64,000 nt of DNA from Batkoa obscura (taxonomy: Eukaryota). This document shows positions 1 through 10,954 of this stretch, piece by piece. The position numbers and the translations under genes are program-made. Positions within the stretch are counted from its first letter, which is position 1. Each line of letters opens with the position of its first letter. Location of the stretch: assembly GCA_030770535.1 (NCBI GenBank), contig JASVEC010000014.1, positions 1,054,001 to 1,118,000 of the forward strand, read 5' to 3'. Below the pieces are notes generated by a model. It ran no database searches and was not told the DNA's origin. It worked only from the letters and a program-made list of their open reading frames with translations.

Positions 1-749
1 TTAATAATATTATTTATTTCAACTCTTATTTTTTATATTATAATTGACACTATAATAATAGTAATAAATCTAAAAGCTATTTAAGTTCTATCATGTTCAA
101 CAATGAGTTTATAAACTGTAATAGTGATATAATATTAGCTTATAAATTATCTTATAATAAAACTGTATAATTTATTTTTTTAAATCACAACAAGTTTTCT
201 AATATTCATTAGAGAAAAAGATTAGACAAGAAAGAATATGGAGGTGAACACTGGAAAAAGGAGGGATCCTTAGATAACAAAAGGAAAGTCAAGATAATGG
301 AGAGAGATAAGTAAAAAGAAAATCCAGTAAACAATTTAATGGGAAGAGAAGATAGCTCTGTTTCATCATTATAAAAAATATTGTTATTTCAAAATTTTTA
401 ATAGACTTAATAACCATAAACTTTAATACTATAATAAAAAATTAAATTTAACAATAAAGTTTTATTTCAATAAGACTGTATGCTATATCATAGTAATTTT
501 TATTTTTATTATCATAACTTTAACGCATATTGAATTAATATTCTATCCATGCTCACTACTCTGACCTATCTTTTTCATCGTTGTTTCAATATGACTATCA
601 CCAAATTCAAGGTTCATCTACAATAAAATATACCACAATGATAATCCTACTTTTCACTTAATAGTCCTATTTCTAGCTGGGTTTGATCATATTGTTGTTA
701 ACAATTTTGTCGTTTGTCGTCAAAACTATTTACTTATTAACTATACTTC

Positions 750-1964
750 ATGTTAGATGGCTTAATCCTATTTATTTAACTTTACAACTAACAAAATAAA
801 AGATATTATTTTTAACATAATAAACATAATAAACATAATAAACATGAAGGTCCCAATTTAGAGGGATTAAATACATTTCCTGATATCAGCAATACACCCA
901 ATTCTTTTAATAAAGTATCACAAAAATTAGGAATAATAGTAATATCTTCAGTCATCTTCTGTTAAGAAATAGCAAGTAGATTTTCTAAATCGATTTTCAA
1001 CAATCTAATCTTACAATACCAAGCATTGGGCTAAACTCATTCAAAATATTCAAAATATTTAATTGAAAACTCTTCAATTACTTTAAATTTGTTTGATAAT
1101 TTTTTAAATTATGTTGTAAAATTAGATTATTATTTCTTAATCCTACTTTACAAAAAATTCAGATGGAACTGGGTTAGTAACTGCTATATAATTTTTACAT
1201 CATGCTAACGCTTCTAATAATTTTATATTTTGAGAAGCTATTCAACCAAGGGATAATCCTGGTAAGGTAAGCAATTTGGATAGTGCACTTGTTGATATAC
1301 AATTATGCCAAATTTGAGTGAAGGAAGATAATGGTAATTCACCCTTATATTATGAAAATCGATTGAGTTCATCTGCTAATAAAATATTATTAATGGTTGA
1401 ATTATATTAGTAGTTTCTTTTATCATTGTAAAGTAAGGGGAAATTTAGCTGAGTTGTATGATGTATCAACCAATACTGTTTTAACGTTTTCACTTAAATT
1501 TTATTCAATCTTTTTAAAACAAATATTTCATTTTCTTTCTTCATTAATAATAATAGGAATTTCAACCACCTCTACATCCTAAAGACCTAAGAAATTCATA
1601 ATGTGATCAATAACATAGTATTTATACTATTATCTTATTTCCTTTTCTAATAACCTATACACCTAGTTAAAATTGCTTGTTGAGCATCAGTATCTATTGA
1701 AGTATTTTGTTGATTGAAGTTGACTTTAGAATCTTGTCCACTATAAAGCGAGTTTACTATCAACTCACGTAGTTCTGGATCATTAAAACTATCAGTATAA
1801 CTTAAGTAAATAACTTCAGATCCTTCTATTAATTTATCTGAATCCTTGCTAAGTCCAATTAATACTCTGGTAATATAAGGCTATAGATCGGAATAACGTA
1901 ATAGGTATTTACTGGTACATTTATCTTTACATGACAACATTCATAATTCAAAGGGACGAAGCAT
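750..1964 (-). pseudogene. Degenerate PLP-dependent aminotransferase class I/II (bacterial-like, apparently intronless)
   Basis: Minus-strand reading from ATG 1964: MLRPFEL*...SKYLLRYSDL*P...YLSYTDSFNDPELRELIVNSLY; then ADELNRFS (DE.Y motif), SALSKLLTLPGLSLG*IA (SKxxxxPGLRxGW PLP-lysine motif) and ELGVLLISG. Multiple stops and frameshifts; the 3' boundary is approximate. Confidence 0.65.
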
Positions 1965-3099
1965 AATTACTTTTCAATTTTAAAAGAGGATAAATAATAT
2001 ATGGAATATCTATATTACTTTTTTACTACATCACCTACTTACATATCCATCGTCTCCTAAAAAATAGTTTTGTGAATTTTTATTATTACATTAAGGAAGA
2101 TTTTGCGGGTAGCTTTTGAAATTGTATCTAAGCCTAGTGACACAATAGTCTCCAGTTAGTGTAGTAAAAATGGCTAATATAATTTTAATAATCTTATTGA
2201 ACAACTTTAATATTACACTCCAAATAACAGTGGTTCGATTAAGTTAATTTTATTATAAATCGGTGAAAATCAATGTGTATATATCTGTGTGAAATATACA
2301 TAAATATTATAAACTAAAGATAAACTTAAAATATTGTTAAACGTATTTTATATTATCTTATATTATTTTATATTATTTTATATTACTTTATATTATTTTA
2401 TATTTAATGTTGAAAATTATAAATCCTAAACGTAATTGACATTATAATACAATAATGAAAAATCAACTTCTAAACTGGTAGCATTATAACAGGTATAAGA
2501 ATCCTACAAGCCCTATTATTGAACATTATCAAATGCCTTAGTTGGCTTTTGGATAGCATAAACTGATATAATTATATTAATTTAAAGGTAGTAAATATTT
2601 TTTATTGGATTTATGAAATTTACTATTATTTTTTTAAGTAGGGAATCTGTTATTTGAGTTGTGTAAGCATTTTATCTTATTATCATTTTATTAGAGAAAA
2701 TTAACACATACTTGTGTTCAAAGATGTTGAAAGCATTTAGTTGATTGTTTTGTCTACTTTAATATCTGTACTTTTAAATATATTAAGACTATATAATCTA
2801 ATATTAAAAACAATATAAATATGATGATATGATGATATGATTATTATTCTAATTGTTTTATTTCAAGATAGTAAAACGAATAAAAACAATCAGAATTAAT
2901 CTATTATAAGCTGATATCTCAGAGCTCATAAACTTTCTTAACTACTTAAAATAACTAAATAATTATAAAGGTCAAAGTTATCAAAAATCATTCTTCTGTT
3001 ACAAATTGTAATTCTATTATTGAATTTGATACCTCCTAGACCGCTAAGGTTTTCCTATACTATAAATTTTTTGGATCAAATCAGAATTTAAAGCATACG

Positions 3100-3240
3100 A
3101 ACCTAAAATCTAGTCTGATTTCAATACTTCACAAGTAATTGTTTTAGTTTTGTAATATTCACAAACCTATCCAACGTCTGTTTTTACGCATATTATCCTA
3201 TTGTATTAACTTAATGTCAACAGCCTATAATGAATCTATC
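3100..3240 (-). pseudogene. Possible relic of a Zn(II)2Cys6 transcription factor N-terminus
   Basis: Broken minus-strand reading RFIIGC*H*...RIICVKTDVG*VCEYYKTKTITCE resembles CxxC...C......CxxC......C spacing; heavily decayed. Confidence 0.25.
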
Positions 3241-4201
3241 TCCTGCTTTAATATAAAATACTACTTTATACGTTATTATTTTGAAATATTAGTTGAGATA
3301 TTTATAATTTTAAGTTATTTAATATTTTAATCTGAAATTGAAGCCAATTATATAATGGATATGATTTTTAGCCTACTAAAAAAGCTGATTTTGGTTTATT
3401 TTTGCTACTAATCTTTGCATTTCCTAATTATAAATCATTGGTTGATTATTTTTAAAACTATAAAATAAGCAAGTAACATCCAGAAAAAGTATTTTAAGTC
3501 ATTATTGACTCAATTTAAACCAATTAAAATCAAAAGTTTAGTTGACAAAATCATATTGCCAAAAAGTCAAGACTCAAAAAACTTAAATATAATATCTCTT
3601 ATATTCAATAAAAACTGAACAACATCATTAATACAATATTAATATAAAACAATTAACTCTCACAAGAAAATTCCTGGATTTCTGCTTTATCTTACTCTGA
3701 AAGTCGCTATAGAACCTTCAATTTTTTTTGTAGTTATCAATTCTACTAAACTTAAGTAGGTAAGAAGCAGGTAATAGCAAGTGAGTGAGATTGATTTAAT
3801 ATGATTTCAAAGTATTACTAATGAGTTTGTTTTAATTTTTAGTATCCAAGTAACAGTCAAGTGATAGAAAAAAGGGTCTAAGGTTCGGCATAGCATTTGT
3901 TGATTGTTCATTGCTGAGAAAGCCAGGTAAAACTTCTAATTATATTAAACAATCACTAAATATTTTGTTGTTTTTTTTCTTTTTTTTAAATATAAAAAAA
4001 CACTGTGACTTATAGTATTATGATTTGTAACATTATGATTATTTTTATTTTTTTTATTTTTTTTATTTGTTTAAACACTTTTAAAAACTATTTAGATATT
4101 GAATTTGCCTTTAATAAACTATTTATTGTTGCTTTACTCGAATTTAAATAATACGTTTATAGCTACTATAAAAAAGAAAGTGTACATATAATACTTCATA
4201 T

Positions 4202-4299
4202 GGGGATGTATTTTTGTGTTTAAGAATTTTACTACCACTTTTTCCGCTTAAATAGCGTTTAAAAATGGAAAAAATAATGAAGTCAAAAAAAACACTCCC
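4202..4299. mobile_element. ~98-bp MITE (Sola-like non-autonomous family)
   Basis: GGGGATGTATTTTTG...AAAAAAACACTCCC termini, TSD ATAT on both sides. Confidence 0.85.
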
Positions 4300-5363
4300 A
4301 TATACTAGAATTTAGTATGATAATCAAATACAAATGATTCTGAGATTAAGCACAATGTAGTCTTCGATTAACATGTAACAAGCTTTACCAATTTGATATT
4401 TGACCAAGTATATATTACTTTTCAACATTAAATAGAGTCATGTCACAACTAGCCTTTGATAAGATAGGTTTAGATATATCCATATTGTTAATTATGTTCT
4501 TACTTTATTTTACTTCATTTGTAAATGTTGCTTTCTAGTGATAACAAAATTTATAAACCAATAATAAACTCGTCAAAATCATTGTTTTTCTAAATATATA
4601 CATACTTATGTTGACTATTAATACTTTCGATTTTGCAATTAAAATTTATAAAAGCTATATTATGATGCTATTAAACGGAAACCCCATACTAACAAAAAAC
4701 AAAACTCAATATATATCGAGGTTACTTTAACTAAAATATAAATTTTAAAACCAAAAATAATACCATTATTCAATATACCTTAATGTCTTAGTTTTTGGAA
4801 AACCTTTATAAGTTTATTTAAAGCTGAAAGTGTAACTTCACTTATATATTTGATATCAAAAGCAATACCAAAAGACTAGTCATCTGTATAAAATACAAAG
4901 GTATATTTATATTTGGATATACTGTAATATGAACGACAAATCATATAACATATCATTCAGTTGATCCTATAAGTATATTAGAATTCTATTTTCATTAGGA
5001 ATTTGTGATTTAACTAAAGTTTAGATTTTAGAAACTTAAAACCTCATTTGATTTTACAAGTAAATCTTTCGCTCACTAGAAGAGAGGCTTATGTTAAATT
5101 TCAACACTCGTAACTAGAGAAGTGTTAATTTTTAGCCTATTCATATAGCATAATCCTTATTTAGTTATTAGATAATATATATATTTGTTCATTTCAAAAG
5201 TTATAATTTGATAAACTCATTTTAAGATATAAAATTTTGAGTAATTCGAAATTAAAAAATACCAATCACAATTCCTTTTCAATGTTAATTTTTTATTCAA
5301 ATAAAAGGAAAATTTCAAATTCAGAATTTAGTTTCACTTTTTAATTCTTAATTTAATAGAAAT

Positions 5364-6511
5364 ATGAAATCCAAACGTAAAGTGGCGGTAGTGCACCAAA
5401 AGATTCAAGATGTTATAAAATCAGTTAAAAAAAATCGTGCTAATTCCACTTCCACCTCTATCTCTACTTCTACCATTAAAAAACAAAAACCCCATCAAGT
5501 ACTTATCAATCAGATTCATAATTTAAATAATAATTTAGATAAAATTAATTCTGAATTAAAATCAAATAAAAAAGATTTACAATTGTTAGCTAAAAAAGAA
5601 GCGTTAGAACAAGAGATTAATAATTTAGGTGGTTTAGTCGTTTATCAAAAGTTTTCCAAATTAAGTGAAAATCAATTTAACTCTTCCAAATTTTTATTAG
5701 AAAATTACATTAGTTATTTTAAAAAGGTAGTGCAATTCAAGGTAATTTGTAAAAAAAAAACTCATTTATTAAATATTATATAATTAACCCTCTTTCTTTC
5801 TTTCTTTCTTTCCCCCTCCCAAAATAGTCTCAAAAATTAAACTTACTTGATATTGGTGCATTAAATCTAAATTATGATAAACACACTTCCATTATTGAAG
5901 CTAAATATATTGATTTACATCCCAATTTACCAGGCGTTATTAAACAAAATTTTTTAACTATGAAACTGGAAAAATTCGATATTATTTCTTTAGCTTTGGT
6001 TTTAAATTATAATGGGAATCCAAAAGAAAGAGGTAAAATTCATTATGATTTTATAATTAATGATTTTTTTAATATTGTTTTATATTATTCTTTAGGTGAT
6101 ATGTTAAAAAAAGCATATTTAATGTTAAATGATAAAATAACAATAAATAATAATAACGATAATAATAATAACAACAATAACAATGATGATAATAGCAATA
6201 ATGATAAGCCTATTGATGAAGAAGAAGAAAATGAAAATGAAAATGAATCAGGGGGAATATTATATATTGTATTACCTAAACAATGTTTATTTAATAGTAG
6301 AAAAATCAATGATCAATTATTTATAAAAAAAGTAACAAGTCTTGGTTTTATATTAAAAAATTATAAAAATAGTAATAAATTATCTTTTTTTATATTTAAA
6401 AAAATAAGAAAGAATACAAAAAATAAGAATAATGATAATAGTGAAAATAAGCAAATTCAAACTTTGGATTTAAAAAGAAAAAATTTAAATGATTTTGATA
6501 TTATTATTTAA
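5364..6511 (+). CDS. BMT2: 25S rRNA (adenine-N1)-methyltransferase Bmt2 (spliced, ~2 introns)
   Basis: GGLVVYQKFS...NSSKFL; KLLDIGALN; IDLHPNLPGVIKQNF; FDIISLALVLNY.GNPKERG/DML; LYIVLPKQCLFNSR; C-terminal NDFDIII. Introns near 5727-5828 and 6033-6096. Confidence 0.85.
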
Positions 6512-6689
6512 AATTATTTCTTATTTTAGTGTACTTATTGACTAGATTCAAAAATAAAATAGATATGTTAATATAGTTTTAACTTCTATCATTATGGTTT
6601 TTTATTCTATTTTCATACTTAAACTTAAAAATAGAATTTTGATTTTCTTATTATTCCATTACGTTGTTTTTCAAAATACGTTGATATAC

Positions 6690-9154
6690 GGGGTTGTCTG
6701 AATTAGTTTCATTATTTTATCCAATTTTTGAAAAATTTTGTATTTTAAAAACTTCGCTTAAAATTCTATAAAATCACATCTTTTATTAAAACAAAAGTAC
6801 CCAAACACAGTTCTAAATCATTCTATTATAGCTCATACTGTAAGTTAGTTGAATTTCTACTAGATCTTAAATACATGTTCTTATAAAGCTTAATTGAGAA
6901 ATATTTACTATCAACTGCTTTATAACCAACATTGTAGATTTATTATCAAATAAATAAACTATTTTAATGTTATAATTACATTATTAATATACTGCCAAGT
7001 TAATAAATAGCTGCATGGGAGGGAGTGGTTAGCCCCAAAACTATAATTAACCATCCCTATATAGTATAAGTAATAATAGTTTTTACATATTATTACAGTT
7101 ACTTGTTCTTTGACTATTTATTAACTTAGCTATTAATAACTTAAGTAATCCTAACATTTAACAATCTATTTCTATCATTCAACAAAGTACTTACTTGCTT
7201 AGTAAATATCGAAATTTTTAAATTCTCTGTTATCTTCGTAAGGTAAGCTGGGATCGATCTTTTAATTTTTCTGTTTTCTATAGACTCTATAACTTTAATT
7301 GGGACTATATCGCTTTTTTTTGATGTATCAGATACTGGATAACAATGTAGTTTATTGTTATGTTTAATAAAATGTAAATACTTCTTAATGCCCTGCATCT
7401 CTATTATTCTTTTTGTATTTTTGTTTCTTTTATACTTTTTAAAAATTATATCTGTTTTCCCATTATTAACAGTCGAGTTATTAATTTTATTATGCTCACA
7501 AATAAAAGCCTCAAATCTTGAAATTAATTGATCGATATCTTCTATTTTACCTAACGCTTCAAAACTACTTTTCCATTTTGAAAGGTTTCCAAAATGTCCA
7601 TCAACTATACTTTTTCCATGATGCTCAGCAAAAAAATTAAGATTGACATTCAAACTACTATTTATTTTATGAATTTCTTTAAACATATAGTGTAGAAACT
7701 CTTGGGATCTAAAATGATTTCCTGTATCTGCCCATATATTAATTTTTGTAAACTTTTTAAATAGAAGCTCTGTAGAGATTAAATCGATTAAACAATCTCC
7801 TGCATATGCTGAATCATGATTCAATATTTCAGATAAATAATCAAAGTAAACTTTGCCTATCGTTTTATCATCTTTTAAATATAATACACCAAAACCTAAT
7901 ACTGATATAGCTTGTTTATTATAATGATCTAGATTTATTGAATCTGGTCTTGTTCCTATTTCCATATTTTGTTTAAAATCTAAAACTATTATACAACTTT
8001 TGTTATTTAATTTTTTGATAGTTTCATTAAATGTGTTTTTTTGAGTATCAACACAGAATTTATGTAATTTGTATAATTTTTCTTCTTCGTTGAAAATTTC
8101 TTGTATCTCTGCTTTGTTTTTTGCTGTATTTATTTTATTTTCAAATAACTTTTTTCTAACTGTATACTGGGTACATATATTACATAGATCCGTTTTTCTT
8201 GCTGGATTTTTGAAATTAGTTGGTATATATTTAAAGAACGTTGACCTAGCTACTGCTTTATCTCTTAGATCATTCAAATATTTACTATATATCATTCTTC
8301 TACTTTTATTTAATATATATATATTATCTGATGAATATTTACTATCGTTATTTTTTTTATTAAATCTTGATGAAATAGTTGAATCATTTAGTAAATATTG
8401 TATGATAGTTTCAATTTGGTCATCTTTAATTTTTTTTGTATTTTTAATAATAGGTTTTAATGTTGATATTTTATTATTATTACTTGTTTTTGAATAATCA
8501 TATTGATTTCTATTTATATTAAACCCAAAACTCTTACATTCATCAAAAGAATATACTGAAGCTATAGTTGATAATAACGCTACTTGCTGACTTTTGTTTC
8601 CTGTTTCCCTTAAAGCACTAATTTTATACATTACTTGATTAAGTTTATTATTATCGATAGTAAACTTTGATAATATATCTTTTCTTTGTTTTGTTTTATT
8701 ATAAAATTCCATAAACCTTGGGTTGTTATAAGTAGCTCTTAAAATTGATGTAAATGAATTACAATGTTTATATTGTGTACTCCTCCCTATTGTATTGAAG
8801 TTTTCAAAAATTCCATTTCGAAGTTTAGTTATGAAAGTTTGCATTTTATTTTTATTTCAACAAAAAATAAAGTCAAATAAAGTCAAATAATTGTGTTTAT
8901 ATAATTATGTATTTATATAATTATATAATCATATAGTTATATATTATATATCTGTTAAATATCTAACAGAACTAACATAAAATACATAGTTAGGAAAATT
9001 AGCTATTTAAGAAAAGGAAACAATTAAAATAAGTTTTAAATAGAGACATTTAATTTTAGGCTTTTTAGATTTAACCGTTATATTGAACACAAACTTAAAA
9101 TTTTAAATTTGGATTAATTTCTAAGTAGATTCTGAAACCAATTAGGACAGCCCC
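6690..9154 (-). mobile_element. Intact autonomous Sola-like (Sola2-type) DNA transposon, 2465 bp
   Basis: Left TIR GGGGTTGTCTGAATTAGTTTCA; right TIR (revcomp) GGGGCTGTCCTAATTGGTTTCA, 18/22 match; 4-bp TSD ATAC at 6686-6689 and 9155-9158; single long ORF inside. Confidence 0.85.
7141..8844 (-). CDS. Transposase, 567 aa, DDD-type (Sola-like)
   Basis: Uninterrupted ORF with KTDLCNIC...H (Zn-binding-like), VLDFKQN, WADTGNHFRS and FFAEHHGKSIVDGHFG motifs; lies between TIRs. Confidence 0.85.
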   Translation of the reverse strand: MQTFITKLRNGIFENFNTIGRSTQYKHCNSFTSILRATYNNPRFMEFYNKTKQRKDILSKFTIDNNKLNQVMYKISALRETGNKSQQVALLSTIASVYSFDECKSFGFNINRNQYDYSKTSNNNKISTLKPIIKNTKKIKDDQIETIIQYLLNDSTISSRFNKKNNDSKYSSDNIYILNKSRRMIYSKYLNDLRDKAVARSTFFKYIPTNFKNPARKTDLCNICTQYTVRKKLFENKINTAKNKAEIQEIFNEEEKLYKLHKFCVDTQKNTFNETIKKLNNKSCIIVLDFKQNMEIGTRPDSINLDHYNKQAISVLGFGVLYLKDDKTIGKVYFDYLSEILNHDSAYAGDCLIDLISTELLFKKFTKINIWADTGNHFRSQEFLHYMFKEIHKINSSLNVNLNFFAEHHGKSIVDGHFGNLSKWKSSFEALGKIEDIDQLISRFEAFICEHNKINNSTVNNGKTDIIFKKYKRNKNTKRIIEMQGIKKYLHFIKHNNKLHCYPVSDTSKKSDIVPIKVIESIENRKIKRSIPAYLTKITENLKISIFTKQVSTLLNDRNRLLNVRIT

Positions 9155-9459
9155 ATACCTTTCTTTTATATTATTAAATAGCTTTTAATAAAGTAAAGGA
9201 AATAACAATAAACTTTAATTTAAGTTGATTATAGTAAGACAAATTATTATTTATAAATAGCAGTTTTAAATCAATAATAAATTTCATCTATCTGATTAAA
9301 AAAAACTACAAGTATTATCTAAATAAAAAAGATTATTAATATATTTAATTATCATGATCTAGTTTCATACATAAACTTATTTATTCCCCCAAATTATTAA
9401 TCAATTTTTAAACTTCATAACAACATTAAATAATATTACTATAATCCCAACTTAACTAT

Positions 9460-10791
9460 TTATTCTTTCTTTAAAAATCGAAATAAATCTGAAACTAAAT
9501 ATAATGATCCAGTAACAATAATAATACTATCTTCGTTATTCTTATGTTCTACTTTCTTCAATATATCTTTAAAACAATCTTCAATATCATTCATCTTTTT
9601 AATCTTATTTTTATCTTTCATTAACTTTAAACTTACTATTTCCATCTTCTCTAATTCTTCTGTTTGTATCCAAGGCATACCCATAGGTTGTGAAAATTTA
9701 GTTAAATAGATATCGCTCTTTTCTTTTAACTCTTTTGTCACCAAATACTCAAAATTGCTTTTAAAGTCTTTACCTTTCGTTGTACTTAATATCCAATATA
9801 TATTTTGAAACTTCCTATTGTTATCCATTTTAGTAATAAATTTATTTAATTCTATTGCTGCAGCTGGGTTATGAGCCCCATCACATAAAATGTTCATTTG
9901 ATTATATTTTCTAAATTCGATTCTACCTGGCCAAACAGTGTCTTTTATTCCGTTAATAATATTTTGTTTATTGATTTCATATCCTTGAATATTTTCAATT
10001 AACTCCATACATTCAATACTAATACCTAAATTCATCAGTTGAAATTCCCCATTTAAATTCAATATCAAATCATATTTGTTTCCTTTCTTCGAGATATATT
10101 CGACTCTTCTACCTTTTGGTGGAAGTTGACTAAATTGATAATCTTCAATTGCTTTTCCTTTAGTACTAATAACATATTTACATTCCATCCTATTACACTC
10201 TTCAGTTAACACCTTCATAACTTTTTCTTCTTGTTGACCAATTACTACCTTAACTCCTTTCTTTAATATACCTGCTTTTTGTAAAGCTATCTCTTGTACA
10301 GTATCACCTAATATTGCTTCATGATCCATTGAAATAGAACAAAACACACAAAGTAACGGATTACTAATAACATTGGTTGCATCTAGTAAACCACCAAGAC
10401 CTACTTCTATTATAGCTAAATCAACTTTTTGCTGGGAAAAATGTATGTACATGATACACGTGGTTACCTCAAAATTAGTCAATTTTAAGTTTAATAATAA
10501 TTCGACAGATTGTATTTTGGACTGTATTGAATTGTATTCCGATAATTCAATTATATTCCGATTAATTCGAATAGCATCATTTTCAGTTAATAGATGAGGA
10601 GAATTAAATTTACCAATTTTTAATTTAGGGTAAATGTTAGTTGAGTCATTTAACTTTAAGAATATTGATTCAATATAACTAGTTACACTACCTTTACCAT
10701 TAGTACCAGCAACATGAATACATTGATAATCATTTTGAGGGTTATTAAAATAATTCAATAAAGTTCGAATTCGAGTTAATGAAAAATCCAT
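9460..10791 (-). CDS. FOL3: Dihydrofolate synthase / folylpolyglutamate synthase (FolC family), intronless
   Basis: IHVAGTNGKGSV, FNSPHL, EVGLGGLLDATN, WPGR, DGAHNP and TGSLYLV motifs. Confidence 0.92.
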   Translation of the reverse strand: MDFSLTRIRTLLNYFNNPQNDYQCIHVAGTNGKGSVTSYIESIFLKLNDSTNIYPKLKIGKFNSPHLLTENDAIRINRNIIELSEYNSIQSKIQSVELLLNLKLTNFEVTTCIMYIHFSQQKVDLAIIEVGLGGLLDATNVISNPLLCVFCSISMDHEAILGDTVQEIALQKAGILKKGVKVVIGQQEEKVMKVLTEECNRMECKYVISTKGKAIEDYQFSQLPPKGRRVEYISKKGNKYDLILNLNGEFQLMNLGISIECMELIENIQGYEINKQNIINGIKDTVWPGRIEFRKYNQMNILCDGAHNPAAAIELNKFITKMDNNRKFQNIYWILSTTKGKDFKSNFEYLVTKELKEKSDIYLTKFSQPMGMPWIQTEELEKMEIVSLKLMKDKNKIKKMNDIEDCFKDILKKVEHKNNEDSIIIVTGSLYLVSDLFRFLKKE

Positions 10792-10954
10792 TGTTCTATT
10801 TTTTTAAAAATTTTAATAAAGTGATTAAAAATTTAATAAGTGACACTTTAATGTTTTAGTTTCAACCAATGAAATTTTGAAGTAATTTTAATAAAATAAA
10901 ATTAGTTGATTAAAAATTGAATTAGTTTTTTAAAATAAAGTTCATATCATCATT

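Noticed and set aside
6085..6309. Poly-Leu/Ser minus-strand ORF
   Set aside because: Antisense of the AAT/GAA microsatellite (poly-Asn/Glu) in BMT2.
8069..8497. 142-aa plus-strand ORF
   Set aside because: Antisense shadow of the AT-rich transposase; F/L/I-biased with no motifs.
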